A stretch of 63,932 nt of DNA from Saprolegnia diclina VS20 (Eukaryota). A program made the translations under genes and the position numbers. Below, in pieces: positions 56,898 to 63,932 of the stretch. Position 1 is the first letter of the stretch. Every line of letters begins with the position of its first letter. Location: NCBI RefSeq assembly GCF_000281045.1, contig NW_008246115.1:134275-198206 (forward strand), in the 5' to 3' direction. The notes beneath the pieces are model-generated. The model made no database searches. It had not been told where the DNA came from and worked only from the letters and a program-made list of their open reading frames with translations.

Positions 56898-59336
56898 ATG
56901 TCGTTCGCGCCCTGCGTCCTTCCGCTCCTGCAGTCCGAGCACCAGCGCCACGCCGCCGCCGTCCGCGCCTCCATGGAGGCCATGCGCCGCTATGCGCCGG
57001 TTACGCCCGCCCAGATCCAGCGTCTCGAGGCCGCCGGCAACCGAGGTAGGCGCCATCATCCTCGTTGTCCTCATCGTCGCTGGCGTAGCCGAGTCGTGGG
57101 CGACCGTGCACACGAGCAGCCCATCCCTTGCGCCTCTCGAGCGCATCCGCAACTGCTCGTTCCGCGGCCACGTCTACTTTGGTAGGTTGCTGCCTGGAAG
57201 ACCATCTGACATGTGGCTTAGGGACATTTGCCAAGAACACGGTGGTCGAAGGCGTGCCCTTCCAAAGCGGTCTCTACAACAGCACGCTGAGCGACGCGTT
57301 CATTGCCACCGATGCGCTCGTCCACGACACGTTCCTACTCCACGGTACGGCCATGGGCGTGTTGGCGACAGCCACTGCAACATGAAGCTCCTAGGCACGT
57401 ACGTCGAGTCGGGTGCGAGCGTCGTCGGGTGCGGCACGATCACCGTCTCCTCGGCGCCGGTCTACGGCAACAACAACCCGCTCAAGGTCGGCGTCGAGAT
57501 TGGCGGTCGCGAGATCCACGCGTTCGCTGACCTTCCGTTTGACCGTACGCGTTTGCATCTCATTTTGCGTCATTCTAACCGCAAGCGTTCGATCTAGTCG
57601 CGGTTAAGGTTGGCCAGAACCGGTCGGACGCCACCGAACTCGCTGCGTACGCGGCCAACGTGGCGACGTACACGGCAGCGATCAACTGCGGTATCAACGT
57701 CATTGGCGCCGACGCCCAAGTGCTGCGCTGCGCCAAGCTCCACGACGTCTTTGTCGGTGGCTTTGCCGTGCTGCAAGATTCGATCGTGCTCAATTCGACC
57801 GTGATGTCGTCCAACGCAGAGCGCAGTCGCATCACGGGCTTCTCGCGCGTCACCGACTCGATCCTGCAGTGGCACGCAATCGTCGAAGGCAGCAGCAGCG
57901 TCGAACGCGCCTTCCTCTGCGAGTACTCGCACGTCGAGCGCCACGGTATCGTCATGGACTCGCTTCTCGGTACATTGATTTGTCTTCGGCCTGCATCAAC
58001 GAGATTTTGTGTAGGACCCAACACGTCGATTGCCGAAGGCGAGGTGACTTCGAGCTTCCTCGGGCCCTTTGTGGGCTTTCACCATCAAGCCATGATCATT
58101 GCATCCTTCTGGCCCGAAGGCAAGGGCAACATTGGGTAAGCAAAAGTAAAAGAAAATGGCCTCATGCGTGCGTAGGTATGGCGCCAACGTCGGTAGCAAC
58201 CACACGCTCAAGGCGCCGGACCAAGAGCTCTGGCCGGGCGAAGGCGTCTTCTACGGTCTCAGCGTCTCGGTCAAGTTTCCGAGTAACTTTACGCACGCGC
58301 CGTACTCGGTGCTTGCTACGGGCGTCAACACGCTGCCGCAGAAGCTCGAGATGCCATTCGCTCTTGTCAACCTCCCGGGTCACAACATCCCGGCCTTGTC
58401 GCCGGCCGTCAACGAAATCTTCCCCGGGTACGTCCTTCTCGCAATGGTGCTATTTTGCCGTATTTTGCGCATTTCAAAATGTTGCTACATTGATACTCAA
58501 TTGATATTTTCCAGGTGGGTCCTTGGCAGCAGCATCTTTACGGTCCTCCGCAACATGGACAAGTTTGAGAAGCGCAATCGCGCGAGACGCACGGTCATCG
58601 AGCACGAAATTTTCCGCCCCGAGATTGTTCGCATGATGCAAGGTGCGTCATCATTGATTTTTGGTATCAATACCATACCAACTAGTGGCGCTCGAGCGCT
58701 TGACGTCGCCCAAGGACGCGTCGATCACGCTCGGACCGCACAAGATCTATACCGACAAGCAGGTCTGTCCCTTGGCTTGAGATAGTGGAAGTCAACCTCG
58801 ATGCGCAGGTGCCTGGCCTTGGCAAGAACTACATGACCGAGTCGTCGCGCCTCGCGGGCATTCGAGCGTACACGTTCTTCATTCGCTTATACGCGCTCAA
58901 CGGCTTTTACACGGCCTTGCGCGCCGGACCGCAGCCCCTCGAGTCGCTCTTGGCGGCGGCGCCATGCTCGGAACGGTATCTATTCCCTAATCTAGTCCAG
59001 CGATCGTGATTCGGTGTATCCGTCTAGGTGGGCGCACGAGCGCAGCATTCTTGTGGCGACGACGCCGGACGCAAGCGGCGCCGACCTCCTTCGGGAGCTC
59101 GTTGCGGCGCACAAGACGGTGGCCAAGGACGCCGAAGTCGGCAAGGCCCGGGACGACAAGCGTGGCCAGCAAATCATCCCGGACTACAACCACGTGCACA
59201 AGAAGGCGTCCGACGAACGCATCGTCTTGGACGCGCAGCGGTACATCGACTACCTGAGACTGCCCGGCTTACTCTATGTCCTAGCCGCGCCACCGAGATG
59301 GAAGCTGCGGTCGCCGTGTACCTCCCGCGCCTCTGA
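56898..59336 (+). CDS. DUF4954-like protein with left-handed beta-helix-like region, about 10 introns, predicted C-terminal PRL
   Basis: VTPAQIQRLEAAGNRAESW, SGLYNSTL, YGNNNPLKVGVEIGGREI and GYGANVGSNHT..PDQELWPGEGVFYGL resemble DUF4954 proteins; a last intron 59241-59284 gives RRATEMEAAVAVYLPRL*. Confidence 0.7.
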
Positions 59337-59694
59337 GCCCAAATGGCGTCGCGAGAAGCTCTCGACAGCGTAGACACTCAATACACACGGCGTTCTGGAC
59401 CTTATACGATCATGCGACGTGGGATGGCGTGCAGTCGACGAGGAGGATGAGGCGTGAGCAGCACCAACAAGCCAAGATGGCCCCAACTGGCCACTTGGTG
59501 GATTGCAGCTTCCGGCGACGTCACTCGTAACACTTTCCGTGCTTGCGTGCGACCCGCCACATCGTCCGGGAGTCTCCTCCATTTGGTACCTCCAATTTGG
59601 CACAAACTACAGACTCAACTACCCAATGGAAGCTGTGGTGGCCACCTTCGATCGGTGACTTCAGTTATTAAATATGACGTAAATCCCTAAAATG

Positions 59695-60249
59695 CTAGAA
59701 CGAGATGAAGCGGTAGAAGGCCGACATGTCCCGCGGCAGGCCGTAGCGACACACGGGGCATTCGTCGTGGGACTCGAGCCACGGAAGGATGCAGGCGTGG
59801 TGGAAGACGTGGTGGCACGAAAGCTCGACAATGTCGCCGCTGCTGTCGGCAAACTTCTCGATGCACACGGTGCACTCGTCGTTCCAGCAGCTGCTAGCGT
59901 CCACGTCGTACCAGGGCCGCGGCACGAGCGAGCTGCGGTAGACTGGGCACGTTGGCCGTATGTCGACGCTGGTCGGGGCGTCGCCGAGCAGCTCGAGCGA
60001 CGCCCGCAGTAGGCTCGGGCTCGCGCAGTCGACACAGGCGCGGCCAATGTTGGACGTCGTGTTGATCAAGTAGACAGTACGCGAGCACTTGGAGCACACG
60101 AGGTCGCCGCAGACGCGGCAGTGGTGGCGGCGGCGGTAAAACTTGAAGCCTTTGCCGCAGCACTGACAGTTGGACCGCGCTTGGTCGTGGACCCATTGGT
60201 CGCGCGGACAGGCGCTGCGGACGGGCGGCGCGGTAAGCGTACTCTCCAT
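59695..60249 (-). CDS. FYVE + RING-H2 protein, copy A
   Basis: WVHD..CQCC..F..RRRHHCRVCG..VC..C...RAC (FYVE); CTVC..LSCHHVFHHACILPWL..CPVCR (RING-H2). Confidence 0.92.
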   Translation of the reverse strand: MESTLTAPPVRSACPRDQWVHDQARSNCQCCGKGFKFYRRRHHCRVCGDLVCSKCSRTVYLINTTSNIGRACVDCASPSLLRASLELLGDAPTSVDIRPTCPVYRSSLVPRPWYDVDASSCWNDECTVCIEKFADSSGDIVELSCHHVFHHACILPWLESHDECPVCRYGLPRDMSAFYRFISF

Positions 60250-61913
60250 GATGTGGGCGCTTTGTGGATTCTCTCAAATGATGGACGCACATTGCCCTTT
60301 CCGCGGGCAGAACACCGGATACGCCGACTTCCGGATAAAGAGCCAATCATCGCGCGCCAAAATATCGAGCCTGCAACGTCCACCAATCACATGACGCGAA
60401 TCCAATCTTTTTTTCGACCGCCGAATGATTGTGGGATTCACTGGGACTTTGGCCGACGCGGAGAAGCCATGACCCCACGCGCACCAAAGCAAGTGCACTC
60501 GACATGAGGCGCGACCCAAGCGCAGTACGACGGCCGCGACGCTTGGCCTCCAAGAGCCTTGATTTCATCCGTAAAAACGAGTGGTAAAAACCTATCATAC
60601 CGTGCGTCCAATCGCCGGTCCCACGTGCCTGGCCTCAGAGACGGCGCGGTGTCGATACCAGAGTGGCGTCACGCACACTGCGGGACCTCCTATCCCCGAT
60701 GGCATCTGACCCGTGGAGCAGTGCCATTTTGGAACCATTTTATGATATGTCGTCAGATCTTGATTCGTACCGGAAAGGTCGTTGACTAACTTCGTTATTT
60801 TCGCGCCGGTTGTGCATAGATGTGCGACCAGATAAGAAAATAGAATTTATTATCTAGTCAGAACCATTTAATGATTCGCAAGTTCGTACGTGGATGGTTA
60901 TGCATCACAGAACTGCATCGAGCTCTGGAGTACGCTGGGCGCTGGACGCTATGAGAGCCATCAGTAATGGGCGTTTCAACGTATCGGTAGAGATTAGAAA
61001 TAGAGTTTTTAGGAGGAATAGGCAAAGGCCAGCCAGACCTCGACGCAGTTTCGATTTGGCTTCGGCCTGCTAAGTCTCGACCCGCCTCGCCAACCCATGG
61101 CAGGCGTGGTAATCCACCTCCTTTGCCCCCTTTACTGGCAACAAGCGCGACTCCTGAAAACAATGTGATTGCAGTGGCGGTCACAGGCCGAGCCTCGGCT
61201 TTCATGCTCTGATTTCAGTTATCAAACGACCAGTGTTTGTACGCGTGGCACCGAAACTAGGTTACGAGTTGCTGTTCTCAGGAGGACCCAAGAGATAGGG
61301 TCTGTGAGCGGGAGAGAGTGAGACGGAACCTTCACCACGGAAGCGCGCACCGCTATGACTCGTGGATGATGACGCCAAAGAGGTTCACGCATCGCTTTTT
61401 GAGCCAACTTGATGGCGTGGGATCTACGAACACTATGGTACACTGACGCCAACGGGCACATGACCACCCAAACGCGTTTGGCTGCCGACGAGACAAGAGT
61501 GCTGGTTCCTTCCTACCCACAAATATCATGGCGGAAACTTATAAGGCCTCGCTAGCAAGCAATTAATGACACCTTCGATCGAGACCACTGCGTACGCGGT
61601 TTTGAAACGAAATAATTGCGTGTACAAGTCGACCAAGGCCACTGGATCAAGACAAGGTCTCTCCAACGCTCAAAATTTGCCCCGTTCTACAATCCCATAC
61701 AGTGGATTCACGCCAGTGTTTATGGTGCGATCTCGGTCGCGTACCTACCCCTAGATACAACATCTGTGTCTCGGGCGCCTCCCGCCATACACAAGCGTAT
61801 CGAGTCCAACTTCTACAGCGGGCGTGAGCCAGGTGGCGATACAAGGTGGTGGCGGCAGAGAGATAGCCACAATAGTCTGGCTCACATCGCATTCTTCTTC
61901 CAACAACTCGATC

Positions 61914-62462
61914 ATGAAGAGCAGCGCGTGTGGCGGTGGTATCCAAGTACGCAGTGCGTGCTCGAAAGCGCTCTGGGTCCACGACCAAGCGCGGCCGCAC
62001 TGCAACAGCTGCACCGCCAAGTTTACGTTTCTGCGGCGGCGCCACCACTGCCGCGTCTGCGGCGAAGTCGTGTGCCGCAAGTGCACGCGCACTGTGTACC
62101 TTGTCAACACGAGCTCCAACGTTGGCTTTGCGTGCATCGAATGCGCCATTCCGCTTGCCTCGCCGCGCGCCACCGACGACTTGGACGAGCCGCACAGTAG
62201 CTGGTGCATGCGCCCGACGTGTCCGACGTTCTTGTGTACGCTCGAGCGCCAGTCGCTGGAGCAGCTACCGCCCGAGACGCCCGAGTGCGCGCTGTGCATT
62301 CGAGAGCTGCAAGGCCCTTGGCGGGTGCTGCAACTCCCGTGTCACCATGCCTTCCACGACGCCTGCCTCTTGCCATGGCTCAAGACCCACGACGCCTGCC
62401 CAACCTGCACATACCAGCTCCCGCGCGATACGACGGCGACAGCCACGAGCCTCTTTACGTAG
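61914..62462 (+). CDS. FYVE + RING-H2 protein, copy B
   Basis: ATG 61914; WVHDQARPHCNSC..RRRHHCRVCG; CALC..LPCHHAFHDACLLPWL..CPTC; clear paralog of copy A. Confidence 0.92.
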   Translation: MKSSACGGGIQVRSACSKALWVHDQARPHCNSCTAKFTFLRRRHHCRVCGEVVCRKCTRTVYLVNTSSNVGFACIECAIPLASPRATDDLDEPHSSWCMRPTCPTFLCTLERQSLEQLPPETPECALCIRELQGPWRVLQLPCHHAFHDACLLPWLKTHDACPTCTYQLPRDTTATATSLFT

Positions 62463-63017
62463 TCTGAATCTTTATAACTTGAAAGGATGTAGCAAGTGCA
62501 TGCGTTATTTGGCTCCAACAACTCTGAAGTCATGTCGTGAAGTAGCTTGAACCGGGGGACCCGAGGACGGACGAAGTGATTTGCTATAAGCAAGAGTCGT
62601 CGTCTCAGGCCTCTCCATGAGGTATGGACGGAGCAACTCGACGTCTTCGGGTCGCGTACATGCTTCGTTGCACGTCCACCGCGTGCAACATACGAACTCC
62701 AGTGGGGTGCGATTCGAGCGTTGGGCTGGAACGTCAAGCGTCTCGGTCGGACGCTCGACGCTGCGAGCTTGCACTCCCAGTGCTTCGTTTGTGCAGAGAT
62801 GCCAGTTGCTCAAGCACAACTCCTCGCAACTGCAGCATCTAAAGTGAGCATTGGTTTGTGAACCGTAGTTGTACCATCATTTTTGTGCGAAATTGTTTTG
62901 TTTCAAGAAAAACCGAGTGAATTGGGAACAATCATTCATTAAATTCGCCAGAGAAAAGCATGCAGCATGAGCACTAGCGACGCATGACACGGACGGCAGC
63001 ACGGCCTTTGCCGTCCG

Positions 63018-63366
63018 NNNNNNNNNNNNNNNNNNNNNNNNNNNNNNNNNNNNNNNNNNNNNNNNNNNNNNNNNNNNNNNNNNNNNNNNNNNNNNNNNNN
63101 NNNNNNNNNNNNNNNNNNNNNNNNNNNNNNNNNNNNNNNNNNNNNNNNNNNNNNNNNNNNNNNNNNNNNNNNNNNNNNNNNNNNNNNNNNNNNNNNNNNN
63201 NNNNNNNNNNNNNNNNNNNNNNNNNNNNNNNNNNNNNNNNNNNNNNNNNNNNNNNNNNNNNNNNNNNNNNNNNNNNNNNNNNNNNNNNNNNNNNNNNNNN
63301 NNNNNNNNNNNNNNNNNNNNNNNNNNNNNNNNNNNNNNNNNNNNNNNNNNNNNNNNNNNNNNNNNN
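63018..63366. other. Assembly gap (349 N)
   Basis: Run of N characters. Confidence 1.
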
Positions 63367-63800
63367 TCGTTTGAGGGCACCTCCATTGAGCACGACGCTA
63401 GTTTGTGTTATATTGTCGCATCGGCGTTGCAAGCATGGATCCGCAACGGCGAGTGTTACATCGATTTCGGCGACTGCAGCTTCGTAGACGGCTTTGGGAC
63501 GCAGCTGGCCTTCGCCCTCAGCAGTGCGACGTGCCCGTGGGGCGTCCAGATCAATTTGGTCAACACCAAGCTCAGCGCCGACGACTACGAGATGCTTCTG
63601 AGCCCCTGGATTCGCACGCGCGCCGTCCTCTTCTTGGATCGAAACTGGCTGCAGACGGCGACCAAAGCCGACCGGCGCCATCTTGCACTTGACGAATGCG
63701 ACGTTCCGACGTCCCATTTCAGCAAGATCGAGCGCCACTCTCCAGCTTCCGGACGGCAAAGGCCGTGCTGCCGTCCGTGCCACGCGTTGTCTCGAGTGCT
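63367..63800 (+). pseudogene. 3' part of another LRR-family copy (partial or degenerate)
   Basis: ALQAWIRNG.CYIDFGDCSF..GTQLAFALSSATCPWGVQINL resembles ALRGWIARGIRIITFDNCRL..MLGAAVARTTSAVGVSIVI of copy 3; truncated by the gap. Confidence 0.55.
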
Positions 63801-63932
63801 CATGGCAATGCATGCTTCTCTCGTTTTTGTCTCTTCGAACAAACCATGGTTGATATTTTCCGATTTCACTTGATATAAAACGTTTGCTGCATCACTTTGG
63901 CTACAAAACAAATCCGTGTGCGCATTCCCATT

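Noticed and set aside
56898..59336. Bacterial contamination as the source of the DUF4954-like gene
   Set aside because: It has many canonical short introns and host-like codon usage and is contiguous with PRP8.
20940..62462. Ubiquitin-system gene cluster (USP, MUB, LTN1, LRR array, two RING genes)
   Set aside because: Genes are interspersed with unrelated housekeeping genes and belong to different pathways; ubiquitin genes are common enough for chance co-occurrence.
62560..62850. Possible further LRR relic
   Set aside because: Only weak peptide resemblance (for example NIRTPVG); insufficient without an alignment.

Overview
Gene-dense eukaryotic DNA, inferred to be from an oomycete of the Saprolegniales (Saprolegnia-like). 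The evidence is short 40-70 nt GT-AG introns, GC3-rich codons, a KRE6/SKN1-type glucan protein with an EGF-like/TM tail, TKL kinases and an expanded LRR family. It holds about 23 protein-coding genes and one tRNA-Arg(CCT). Recognisable genes: NF-YC, SAS-6, a large USP9/24/34-like deubiquitinase, MUB/UBL3, Listerin (LTN1), DUS2, an intronless and intein-free PRP8, a triose-phosphate-translocator family member and two FYVE-RING proteins. From 41.5 to 48.9 kb lies a tandem array of RNI-like LRR genes with intact, frameshifted and relic copies; further relics sit near 15.8 kb and 63.4 kb. The most interesting observations: (1) an MFS-like membrane protein with a CRAL-TRIO/Sec14 domain plus an FFAT-like motif in its central loop; (2) a tandem pseudokinase + active kinase pair with shared introns and N-terminal acylation motifs; (3) an intron-rich DUF4954-like gene whose spliced product would end in a PTS1-like PRL; (4) a perfect 27-bp-arm hairpin inside an LRR pseudogene; (5) a CCGGATA motif recurring upstream of unrelated genes; (6) an alternating triple inverted repeat upstream of MUB. 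An assembly gap spans 63018-63366. Exon boundaries were read by eye and domain calls come from motif recognition, not database searches.
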